Shown: piece after piece, positions 26,850 through 38,800 of the stretch
Numbering within the stretch: the stretch's first letter is position 1
How the letters are laid out: every line of letters begins with the position of its first letter
Source: Somniosus microcephalus
Lineage: Eukaryota
Assembly (NCBI GenBank): GCA_052327205.1
Contig: CM126204.1
Span: 352,842,001-352,906,000 of the forward strand
Length of the DNA stretch: 64,000 nt
Reading direction: 5' to 3'
Position numbers and translations under genes: made by a program
Notes under the pieces: model-generated
Seen by the model: the letters and a program-made list of their open reading frames with translations, nothing else
Databases searched by the model: none
What the model was told of the DNA's origin: nothing

Positions 26850-29800
26850 TGAAGGATGAGTGTGAGCTACAGCCCACCTCATGCAGACTGACCAGCTATG
26901 GGGGTGAGCAGCTCATTGTAAAAGGCACATGCGTGATGAAATGGAAGTACAAAGAAAGTGACATGATGTTGGACTTTTACGTTGTTGACACTCGAGCACC
27001 TCCAGTGCTAGGTCTAAAGGCATGCTTAGACATGGACCTCGTCAAGCTAGTGCTATCATTGACAGCACCAGTTGAGAAGCAGACAGTCATGGAGGAGTTT
27101 GCTGACGTTTTCAAAGGAATCGGACTATTCCCAGGTGAATGCACTATTCACCTTGACCCAGCAGCAACCCCTGTGGATTGCCCACCAAGAAGGATACCTC
27201 TTGCTCTACATAGTCACCTGAAGGAGGAGCTGCAGAGCATGGAGAATACAGAAATCATCATCCAGGAAACAGAACCGACAGAGTGGGTCAACGCGTTAGT
27301 AGTGGTTGAGAAACCACATACAGGCAAGCTCAGAGTCTGTCTCGACCCCAGAGATTTGAACAAGGCTATCAAACGCCCTCACTACCCTCTACCAATGCTA
27401 GATGACATCACACCCAAGCTAGTGGGAGCATGTTACTTCAGTGTAATGGACGCACGATCAGGATACTGGACTATCAAGCTCACGGAAGAGTCATCTAAGC
27501 TAACAATGTTCAACACACCATTTGGACGCTACCGAGTTCTGCGTTTACCATTTGGTCTTATCTCAGCTCAGGATGAATTCCAGCGGAAGATCGATGAAAC
27601 CTATGAAGGCCTCGGCGGAGTAGTCATAATCGTAGACAACATCCTCATCTATGGCAGGAATAGAGCGGAACATGACAGGAACCTCCGTGCGATGCTACAA
27701 AGATCACGGGAGAAAGGTATCCGGCTCAAGCCCGAGAAAAGCATAATCGGATCCACCGAGATCAGTTATTTCAGGCATCACCTCTCAACTGATGGCATTA
27801 AGCCGGATCCAGAGAAAATCTCCGCCATCAAGAAGATGGAGCCACCGAAGAACCGCGCAGAGCTAGAGACAGTACTAGGCATGGTTAACTACTTAGCCAA
27901 GTTTGCCCCGAGCCTCTCCGAAATCAACGCACCCATGCGTCAGTTGCTCAAACAATCCAATGAGTTCCTGTGGGACAAACAACATGACACAGCATTTCAG
28001 AAAATGAAAGACCTAATCACCAGAGAACCAGGACCAGTTCTTGCCTACTTCGACCCCAACAAAGAGCTCAGACTACAAGTGGACGCGTCAAAGTACGGAC
28101 TAGGTGCAGTATTACTGCAAGAAGGAAAGCCGATCGGCTACGCTTCCAGATCTCTCACAGACAGTGAAATCAACTATGCTTAAATCGAGAAAGAGCTATA
28201 TGCAATTCTGTTTGGATGTAAGCGTTTCCACCAGTACGTCTATGGCTGACAAGTCATTGTGGAATCCGACCACAAGCCCCTCGAGTCAATCATGAGGAAA
28301 CCACTAGCCGCAGCCGAACCAAGGCTACAGAGAATGATCCTTCAGCTACAGAAGTACGACTTCACAATCATTCACCGTCCAGGCAAAGACATTCCTGTCG
28401 CAGACACGCTCTCCAGAAAGTCTCTTAGCTACCAGGACAGCAGCCTCAGTGAAGGCATGGATGTGCAGGTGCACATGGTGTACAACAGCTTACCTGTGAG
28501 TGACTCAAAACTGAAGGAGATCCGAGCAGGAACAGAGAAAGATGCACAACTCACACTGCTGAGCAAAGTCATACATGAAGGGTGGCCTGAGGAAAGGAGG
28601 AAATGCCCTCAGAGCATATCTGAATTCTGGAACCACAGAGACGAACTGTCACAAATCAACAAAATCGTCTTCAAAGGGGAGAAAATCATCATTCCTACCA
28701 GTCTCAGAGAAGAGATGTTGACAAAAATTCATGCTGGACATATGGGCATGGAAAAATGCAAACAAAGAGCACATGACATTATGTTTTGGCTCGGAATCTG
28801 CAAACACATTGAGGACATTGTCGGAAAATGTTCCATTTGTCTAGAACGCCGCCCATCAAATGTCAAAGAGCCCATGATACCTCACCGTATCCCAGACAGG
28901 CCCTGGCAGGTCGCGGCAACGGATCTGTTCACATGGAACAACGAGGACTACATAGTGACTGTTGATTACTACAGCAGATTTTTTGAACTGGACAAGCTTC
29001 ACAGCACCACATCTGCAGCTGTGATCCACAAGCTAAAGGCAGCCTTTGCCAGGCATGGCATGGTAGAGACTTTAGTCTCAGACAATGGCCCCCAATACAA
29101 ATCAAAAGAGTTTGAGTCATTTGCCAAGGCATGGGATTTCACACATGTCACATCAAGCCCACATTACCCTCAAAGTAATGGCCTTGCTGAAAAAACTGTC
29201 CAGATTGCAAAAACACTCATGGACAAAGCCAAAGCGGACAAAAGAGACCCCTACATCAGTCTCCTTGAGTACCGCAACACTCCGGTTGACAACTTCAAGT
29301 CGCCAGCACAGCTGTTGATGAGCCGCAGACTTCACTCAAACCTTCCAAGCACCAACCAGCAGCTGCAGCCAGTGGTCATCAGCTGCAAGCAAGTGCATGC
29401 AAAACATGTACAGAGACAGCAACACCAAAAGAGATACTATGACAGGTCAGCTAGACTACTGCCGCCGCTGCACAATGGAGAATCTGTCAGAATCCAGGAG
29501 CATGACTACTGGAAGCCAGCAGTCGTCATCCAGCCAGCTGACACTGAGCGATCGTATCACGTCCGCACCCCAGAAGGACAGGTGTACCGCCACAATCGCA
29601 GGCACCTCCTGAACACCAAGGAACAACACCGTCATTCCGATGAGAGGATCAGTTCAACAGAGTGTGATGAACAGAGCAATACACAAAACACATCATACTT
29701 ACCTGAACCTAAACCTGAACCTGAATTGTTGACCGATTCAGGAGCATGCTCAGTTCCATACCACACAAAGTCGGGACAAGAGGTCAAGCCTAGAGTTATC

Positions 29801-30274
29801 CTTGACTTGTGAACTGTCAAAGGGTGTAGGCGGATCGCTGCCCTAAAAAAAAACTGTACATCGTTATTGAAACGTTGAGATGTTTTCAGTGCTAGTTAAA
29901 TGCTGAGTTTACTTATATGTTTATGCTACCGAGAACATTATGTACAAGAAAGGTTTAAAAGTAATGCATAACATTTTTCTTTTAAAAGAAAGGGGATGTA
30001 ACAGTTGCATATTGAATTATCATTGGCCCACAGGCATCTGTAAGGAATATCGATTATATTCACATGTGATCACATGCTGAGTTGTCATTGGCCTGCAGGC
30101 ATCTGTAAGGACTACTATTGTTTTGAAGACCCAGGCTAGGGGTCCTAATGCCAGGCTTTTCCCCACGGTGCTGTATGAGTAAGATCAGACCTAATGCTTA
30201 TTAAAAGAGTTAAACTGTAATACTCCGTTGTCCTGCAAGTTATTATTTTTGTACGAAGTGTGCAAAACAAGACA
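26850..30274 (+). mobile_element. 5'-truncated Gypsy/Ty3 LTR retrotransposon (element E: PR-RT-RNase H-IN, PPT, 3' LTR ~29997-30274)
   Basis: ORFs 26828..28183 (LRVCLDPRDLN, RLPFG, VDASKYGLGAVL) and 28259..29812 (HHCC, VDYYS, SDNGPQ, SNGLAE); PPT aaaagaaagggga then tgtaac; no 5' LTR or gag. Confidence 0.88.
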
Positions 30275-32518
30275 GGAAAAGGGTTAAACAGGCAAGGGCC
30301 TGTTAAAATGGGATTATAAAGGCCACTCAGTGCTGTTTAAGTGCCCTAAAGACCAGTCCTGCCTGTTGCAGGCGGGACTGATTCGGGTCAATCAGGCACA
30401 CCTAGGTTAAAATGGCGTGAAGGCGGGAACCAGGCGGGGGGGGGGGGTGGTGTCGCGACCCCTAGGTTTTGCGATTTTAACCCCCCACATGCCTAAAAGC
30501 CCGCCTCACGGCCCAATGAAAATCGAGGCCGTAGAGTATATTCAAGCCCAAAATAGATTTTTGGACTGTAGGGAAATCAAGGGACATGGGGATCAGGCAG
30601 GAAAGTGGTTGAGGTCGAAGATCAGCCATGATCTTACTGAATGGCAGACCAGGCTCGGGGGGCCGTATGGCCTACTCCTGCTCCTAATTCTTATGTTCTT
30701 ATGACTGAGTGAATACTACTTATTAGGCCTGAAACTGTTTTCCCAACACACGTCTCTTCATTAAAGACTTTTAAGGATTGCTTTAAAATACCTATTCAAC
30801 TGCTTTAAAGATTTAAATCAAAAATAAAGATTGAACAAAAGCAAAGGGCTGCGGAAGCTGGCAATCTGAAATATAAACAGAAAATGCTGGAAACACTCAG
30901 GAGGTCAGGCAGCATCTGAGGAGAGAGAAACAGAGTTAACATTTCAGCTCGATGGCTTGTCATCAGAGCAATCTGAATAATGAAGATTGGATGTTGGTTT
31001 GAAGATACAGTGGATGACCGACCGCACCCAAGAAAAATCAAGAAGCCCTTTACAACCCAGCATCACTCTGCACTCCAAAACAGGTGTCAAAAGGTTATGA
31101 GATCGAATTACGTTATTATATAAGTATCCACATCCAACCTAAAGTGTTCACTTTTCTGGGCCATTTATGTTTGTGCTAAAATAAAAGCGCATTATTATTT
31201 GCATAATTATTTCTTCACAATCCTTTTTCTCCCTGTTAAAATGTATTTAAATTTTATTGCCGTAATCTTTGTGGCTCGAGTCATGCTTCTAGATGCTCCC
31301 GAGTACAGCGGGATCACTGGTTGGCTGACTTTGAATTTGTGAAATTGACTCGAAATTGACAAGTAGATAATTGGAAAAAGGATATTGCAGTTGAAGAGAA
31401 AGGAAGATTTACAAACAAGAGTGGGTGGTATACTGCAGAAACATGTCCTTGTAGCCTATAAAAGGAGTCCTAATAAATGCAGTACTAATGTAGTAGTAAA
31501 TGTTATAATACAGAGCACTTTAAAATGGATAAAGTATAACAAAATTATTCATAAAAGGAAATGGGGAGAGATGCCATGCTGAGTGGCTACATGCAGCTAT
31601 ATAGAGCACTAACAAGGTTATCATTGAAAGCTGAGTGCTGCTGCTCACTTATAGCTCTTTTACTTACTACATTTATATGCAGGCTGAAAAATTGATGTTT
31701 AAATTGTTGATTTTTCCCAAGAGCAATGTTCCTCCCCCACCCCCCGCGTGTAAACGGAGCAAGTCAGCTTTGCCATCGGCTAATCCATGAGAGGCATTCG
31801 TCGGGAAACATCAATGTTGCTCGTGATGTAAAATATCCAGTTAAACAGGCTGTCAATCAAGGAAGTATCACTTCTCAACTGTGGAAGTTTTGAGAGATTG
31901 CTATTCACAATAAACGGAACCAAAAATCTATAAGGCTATTAACTATCAGTCTGCTTAATCAGAAAATCATTGACTGGAGCCAGGCATGCCCCCGCAGGTA
32001 GGTATGATCAGCTTGGTTGCTTCAATTTACTGACTTCCCAATTAATACAATAGAATTGGATTTCTTTTTCTGTGTTTAAAAATTCACTTGTCGGGTTGAA
32101 ATTTAAAAAAAAAAAATATTTGACCAAAATTGCAGTATGTTCAAAATACAGCAAAAAAAGTTATTAAAATGATTATGCATCTGGATACATCATTTCTTTT
32201 TATTTTCTCTCTACTTAGTGCATGCAGCTACCTGCAGCAAAGTGATTAGCTTCTGTCCTGGATTTCCTGAAGGGCACCTCATGGGTTTATTCCTGAGGTT
32301 TAGGGGTTGATGGGAGAGTGGGGAAAGCACAACAAATTTAAAGATAACCCACAGATGATAAATTAAACATGTTCGGAAGCAACGTAAAGGAGTGTGGGGT
32401 GATACCATGGTGATACAAGCTCTTACAAGCTGCACGGTCAGAGGTGCCATCTTAGAATCATAGAAAATTACATCACAGAAGGAGGCCATTTGGCCCATCA
32501 TCTTTCGGATAAGACATT

Positions 32519-33270
32519 GGCCCAGAAATTCGGGTCGGAGGCTTCCCGCGGGTGCAAGCCCCCGACCTGCACTTACCTAGCGCACCTGCCGTTGTGCTGT
32601 GGGCCAGCGTGAGATTCCGATCCTGGGCCTCCTCCAGCTGCCGGCGCGCAGTGCTCGCATATCCCAGGGGCGCAGCTAGTTCGAAGCGTCCTCTGGGATC
32701 ACATGGGCCATGGAGAGCCAATCGTAGCAGGGAATCTCTATTCATAGATTTGACAGGAAGACCTGGCAAATCTATGAATAGAGATTGGCCCCAAAACCTA
32801 AATAAAACTTCAAAAAAAAAATTTTTTTAATTACATTTTTAAAATAACTATAAATTACATAAAATAACTATTTTATACAATAATTTAAATTTTTGAAAAA
32901 ATTAATTACAGTTTTTAACGGGGCTAAAAATAAACTTACCTTTCTTTAAAGTATTTAAAAATAATAAACCTGTGGAAAAAATGTTTTAGTTTTACTTAAT
33001 CTGCCACTTACCTTGTTAAAAGCAGGCCTTGCGACTGCTTTTTAAACGCGCAGCTGCTGGAGACTTACCCTCCCGGAGAAACCTGTAAAAAAAATGGAAG
33101 TTCCAGGTGTATGCGCTGCCTCTCCAGCGCACGCGTTTGACCTGTGAACCCCTTCCTTCAAGGGAACGGAAGTTCCGGTTTCCAGCGCATGCACGAAATC
33201 AGCACTTTCGTTGGCTCTACGTGTGAGTACACAGCGCTTACTCACCCGTGGGGACCCGAATTTCTGGCCC
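32519..33270. mobile_element. MITE inserted in a Deu-SINE
   Basis: TIR ggcccagaaattcgggtc / gacccgaatttctggccc; TSD att; SINE core tctttcggataagacatt|aaaccgagg is split by the insertion. Confidence 0.85.
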
Positions 33271-33892
33271 ATTAAACCGAGGCCCCATCTCCTCTCTCAG
33301 GTGGATGTAAAAGACCAGGGCAGTTCTCCTTGGATGTCCTGGCCAACATTTATCCCTCAACCAACATCAATAAAAAACAGACTATCTGGTCATTTATCTC
33401 ATTGCTGTTTTGGGGACTTTGCTGTGTGCAAATTGGCTGCCACTTTTTCTACATAACAATTGTGACTACACTTCAAAAAGTACTTCATTGGTTGCAAATC
33501 ATTTTGGGACGCTCTGAGATCGTGAAAGGTGCTCTTTCTTAGATTAAACCAGGAGAGGCTGTAGTTAGTCCTCTCCAGCAGCAGCCAATACAGAGGGATC
33601 AGTAGCACCCAGACATTTCATGGGTTCATCCTCCAGGGTCTCTTGACAGTTGCACTCACCTGGGGGCAATTTTGTTAGTCCTTGGCCAAGCCACTTGATG
33701 GCAAATGCTTCATCTCAGAAATATGAGCCTGCGAGGGGAAAACAGACTTGGGCTTATTTACACAAATGCCCAATCCATCAACATGGTTTTTGGGTGGGGT
33801 GGGGAATGTATATATTGTGATCCACAAGGTATCATAATTCTGTGGGACAGGCTGGATGGACCAGAGAGTCTTTTCCTGTCTGTCATTGTTGG

Positions 33893-34203
33893 GGGCACGG
33901 TGGCATAGTGGTTAGCACTGTTGCCTCACAGCGCCAGGGACCCGGGTTCAAATCTGGCCTTGGGCGACTGTCTGTGTGGAGTTTGCACATTCTCCCTGTG
34001 TCTGCGTGGGTTTCCTCCGGGTGCTCCGGTTTCCTCCCACAGTCCAAAGATGTGCAGGTTAGGTTGATTTGGCTATGATAAATTGACCCTTAGTGTTAGG
34101 GGATTAAATACGTGGGGTTACGGGGATAGGGTGGGATATGTGTCGGTGCAGGCTCGATGGGCCGAAATGGCCTCTATCTGCACTGTAGATTCTGTGATTC
34201 TGT
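33893..34203 (+). mobile_element. HE1-like V-SINE
   Basis: tRNA head (tggcatagtgg, gggttcaaatc); V-domain tgtgtggagtttgcacattctccc...ggtttcctcccacagtccaaagatgtg; CR1-like tail. Confidence 0.88.
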
Positions 34204-34866
34204 ATGTTCGTAACTAAAGTTGTAAAGTATCTTCTTTAAATGCCTGCCATGAATAATGTTTTAATCTCAAAATGTCAACGAATCTCAAAGCCTCACCTAA
34301 TTCTAGAATAATACAATATCCAATGTATACTAATACCCTTGTGTCTTAATTCAACTGCAAAGCCGCTGACATGTATAGTGTTGTCTCCTGAGGCCATCAG
34401 ATGCATACCCACACTTTATCTATGCCACTTTGTGGGTTTTTATTCTTTGTAAAATTCTTTACTACCAATGAAAAGTAGACTGATTATTCACAGGCTGGAT
34501 AGTAAGAACATCAACACTGTGACTTATAACAAAGAGAAATGTTATTGCCTGATCTTAGATGACTGCTCTTCAAAAGTACTGTGGGACATCCTGAGGTTGT
34601 GAAAAGCGCTATATAAAGGCAAGTTATTTCTTTGTTCTTTTAACACGGCTACCGATCAGACTGCTGTGGTCCATCTTTATCAAGTGATTTTGCGAAACAA
34701 GAACATTCATCTTCAGGTGATGCTTGCCATGATTATATTGAATCTGAGTGCAGGTGATTCTATCGCAAATACAAAAAGAAAATACTGCAGATGCTGGAAA
34801 TCTGCAATAAAAACAGAAAATGCTGGAGATACTCAGCGGGTCAGGCAGCATCTGTGAAGAGAGAAA

Positions 34867-34908
34867 CAGAGTTAACGTTTCAGGTCGATGACCCTTCATC
34901 AGAACTGG
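34867..34908 (-). ncRNA. Putative minimal type I hammerhead ribozyme in Penelope pLTR
   Basis: Minus strand: cagtt-CTGATGA-ag-ggtc-atc-gacc-t-GAAA-cgtta-actctg: catalytic core, short stem II, palindromic AACGTT stem III. Confidence 0.55.
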
Positions 34909-35842
34909 AAAAAAGCAGGAAATGGAACAGATTTTTAAGCAAGTGTAGGGGCTGGGAAATGGGGGAGGGGATGGGAGAACAAAAGGGAAGGTCTGTGATA
35001 GGATAGAAGGCAGGAGGAGTTAAGAGACATTAAGAGATATTCAAGGCAAAAGGAGATGGTAATGGGACAGGTTAAGAAACAAAGGATGGCTCTAGATGAA
35101 GTGTGAATTGCGCTGGCAGAATGGAAGACAGCTGCCCTGTGGGAGAGAAGAACAGAAGGCACAAACAAAAAGTGTGGATAAAAAATATATATATGATAGG
35201 GGCCAGGTTATGATCTGAAATTGTTGAACTCTATGTTGAGTCCAGAAGGCTGTAAAGTGCCTAATCGAAAGATGAGGTGCTGTTCCTCGAGCTTACGCTG
35301 AACTACCGTGGAACAATGCAAGAGGCCAAGGACGGTGAGGTCTGAGTGGGAATGGAGTGGTGAATTAAAGTGACAGGCCACCGGGAGCTCGGGGTCCCCC
35401 TTATGGACTGAACGGAGGTGTTCCGCAAAGCGGTCACCCAATCTGCGTTTGGTCTCCCCAATGTAGAGGAGACCACATCGTGAGCAGCGAATACAGTATA
35501 CTAAATTGCAAGAAGTACAAGTAAATCACTGTTTCACCTGGAAGGGGTGTTTGGGGCCCTGGACAGTGGGAAGGGGGGAGGTATAAGGGCATGTGTTGCA
35601 TCTCCTGCGCTTGCACTGGAAGGTGCCGGTTGAAGGAGAAGGGATGTTGGGGGTGATAGAGGAGTGGACTAGGGTGACGTGGAGGGAGTGGTCCCTATGG
35701 AATGCTGAAAGGGGAGGTGAGGGGAAGATGCGTTTGGTGGTGGGATCATGCTGGAGGTGGCGGAAATGGCGGAGGATGATCCATTGAATGTGGAGGCTGG
35801 CGGGGTGAAAGGTGAGGACAAGGGGAACTCTATCGTGGTTCT

Positions 35843-38800
35843 TGTTGAGTCTGAGTGTCCCAGATATGCTTATTCTAAATCACTGGACACAGACAACAAG
35901 AATAACTTAAACAGGTCTTTACTAATCGAAGGTCACGGCTGAACTGCTTAGCAAATTACTACACAGAGTTTATATACCGGTGTGGTCACCACCGGTACTA
36001 CAATATACAGTAGCCAAGAGAAAGTAGTCCATCTCTTAAGGTAGTCTCTTAAGGTGGTACAGGTTACATACACCATAATTCCTCCCTTTTTAGCTTAACA
36101 GTGTACATCCCAATTTAAACATAACATGGATAACATATATACAACTTCATGCAAAACTGTTCAAAGATTCAGTCTCTGAGGAGGCCTCCTGATCCGAGTT
36201 GGATAACGCCTTTCAGGGGTCTCTGATTCTCATTGCTGGGGTGACTCATCTAGTTGATCTCTTATGGGTTGGACATCATCAGATACATTGGCGTCTGAGG
36301 TAGATGCTTCAGGTTCACTAACTTCTTCCACTGGTGTCTCTGTCGTAGTCATGGGTTCGACCCTTGTTCTCGATTCTATAAGTTGGTCAGCATGACGTCG
36401 TATTACGTTTTCACCAATATCTACCGTGTACATCAGGGGTCCCTGTCTGGCACGAATTGTTCCAGATTGCCATTTCTCATTCTTATAGTCCCGGGCTAAC
36501 ACTGGTTGTCCTATTTCGAAACTCCGAGTGGTCTTGTTATTTATATGCTGGAACTGTTTGTTTTCGACTTCCCTCCGCACATTTGGTTTTAACAAGTCCA
36601 ACCTGGACCGCAACCTCCTGTTATAGAACATCATGGCAGGGCTTTGATTTGTCACTGCATGAGTGGCGTTTCGATATGCCATTAGGAAATTGTCCACCTT
36701 GTGTTGTAGTGGAATCTGGTCTTCGCTCATGGCCTTTATCGCCTTTTTGAACGTTTGTACAAATCTCTCGGCCAACCCATTTGTAGCCGGATGATATGGG
36801 GCAGAGGTATAATGTTTCACCCCATTCTTCTTCATGAATTTCTGGAATTCTTCTGACATGAACTGCGGTCCATTGTATGAACATATTTGTTCTGGCAATC
36901 CATTTCTTGCGAATATCGTTCTTAGAACTGCGATCGTCTTTTCCGAGGTAGTGGTCGCCATCTTAATCACTTCTGGCCATTTAGAATGTGCGTCTACCGC
37001 AATTAAAAACATGGAGTCCATGAATGGACCTGCGAAGTCAATATGTACATGTTGCCATGGGGTTGAAGGCCATTCCCATGGATGCAGCGGTGCAATTGGA
37101 GGTGCATTTTGAACTTTTTGGCACCCTGAGCAGCTTTTAGTCAGATCCTCTATTTGTTGGTCGATACCTGGCCACCACACATAAGCCCTAGCAAGGCTTT
37201 TCATCTTGACTCCCCCCAGATGACCTTCATGCAGTTCCTTTAGAACTCTCTCTCTTAATTTAGGAGGAATAATCACCCTTGTTCCATACATCAATGTTCC
37301 TTGACAGACGGACAGCTGTTCTCGCCTGGCTGAGAATGCCGGTAACAGTGGTTCACCATGAGCTGGCCATCCCTTCACTGTCAATTCGTAGACCCAAGAC
37401 AGTGTCGGGTCGTTCCTGGTTTCTCTCTCAATACTTGCATTGGTGACTGGTAAACATTCGATGATGGTCAAGTGAAATAACTCAACAGAGTCAACTGTCG
37501 GTGCCTCTTCCGCTGTAGGTAGTGGCAGGCGCGACAGCCCATCAGCATTACCATGTTGCTTTGTACCTTTGAATTCGATATGATATTGATGTGCCCCTAG
37601 GAAAAGAGACCATCTCTGGAGCCTCTGCGCTGTCATCACCGAAACACCCTTCTTAGGGTTAAAAATGGAAACCAACGGCTGGTGGTCTGTCAGCAGCGTA
37701 AACTTTTGCCCTTGCAGGTAATGATTAAATTTTTTTACTCCCCACACAAGGCTGAGAGCCTCCCTATCTATCTGAGCATAGTTGCGCTCAGCGGAGGTCA
37801 ATGATCTGGATGCGAATGCGACTGGTCTTTCCAAGCCATTTGGCAACTTATGTGAGAGCACTGCCCCACTACCATATGGAGAAGCATCACAAGCTAAACG
37901 AATAGGCAGCGTTGGGTTAAAGTGAGCCAACACTTCCTTAGAGGTGATCAATGCCTTGCTTTTGTGAAAGGCCCGCTTACAGTCCTCGCTCCACTTCCAT
38001 GGCACTCCCTTCTGCAAAAGAACGTTCAGCGGGTGTAGCACCGTGGATAAATTTGGCAGAAACTTATGGTAATAGTTAATAACCCTAGGAACGACCTCAA
38101 CTGGGATACATTTTCCGGAGCGGGAGCCTTCACAACAGCTTCGATCTTGTCAGGTGACTTGTGAAGCCCCTCCTGGTCAATGACGTGACCACAGTACGAG
38201 ATTTGCTTCTGAAAGAACTCACATTTCTGGCGATTAACTCGAAGTCCATATTCTTTCAATCTGGTGAGCACCTGTTCCAAATTTGCAAGGTGTTCCTCAT
38301 CATCATCTCCTGTAATCAGAATGTCGTCCAGGTAGCATTGTGTGCCTGGAATTCCCTGTAATACCTGCTCCATGGCCCTTTGCCAAATCGCTGGAGCCGA
38401 TGCCACTCCAAAAACTAGTCTATTATACCGATATAAGCCCTTATGCGTGTTGATCGTGAGATACTGGCGTGACGCTTCATCAACTTCCATCTGTAAGTGC
38501 GCCTGCGCCAGGTCTATCTTGGTGAAGTGTTTCCCGCCAGACAACGAAGCAAAGATATCCTCAATCCGTGGAAGCGGATATTGCACCGTGTGAAGCACCG
38601 GATTAACAGTGATCTTGAAATCGCCACAGATGCGAACCTTCCCCGGTTCCCCCGGCTTGTTACTCGATGAACGCTTCATGACGGGAACAATGGGCGTGGC
38701 CCATTCACTCCAGTCCACCTTTGACAGTACTCCGGAACGTTCTAGTCCTTCCAGCTCAGCTTCCACAGCAGGTCGTATCGCATAAGGTACCGGTCTAGCT

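Larger units (their letters stand above)
24119..30530. mobile_element. PIF/Harbinger transposon inserted in a CR1 3' fragment; contains a 5'-truncated Gypsy element
   Basis: 3-bp TSD gta (24116-24118 / 30531-30533); imperfect TIR ggagtcaattttc / gaaaatcgaggcc; the CR1 sequence continues across both flanks. Confidence 0.8.

Noticed and set aside
33893-33970. tRNA gene
   Set aside because: The A/B boxes belong to a SINE head followed by the V-domain; the same applies to 9275 and 22905.
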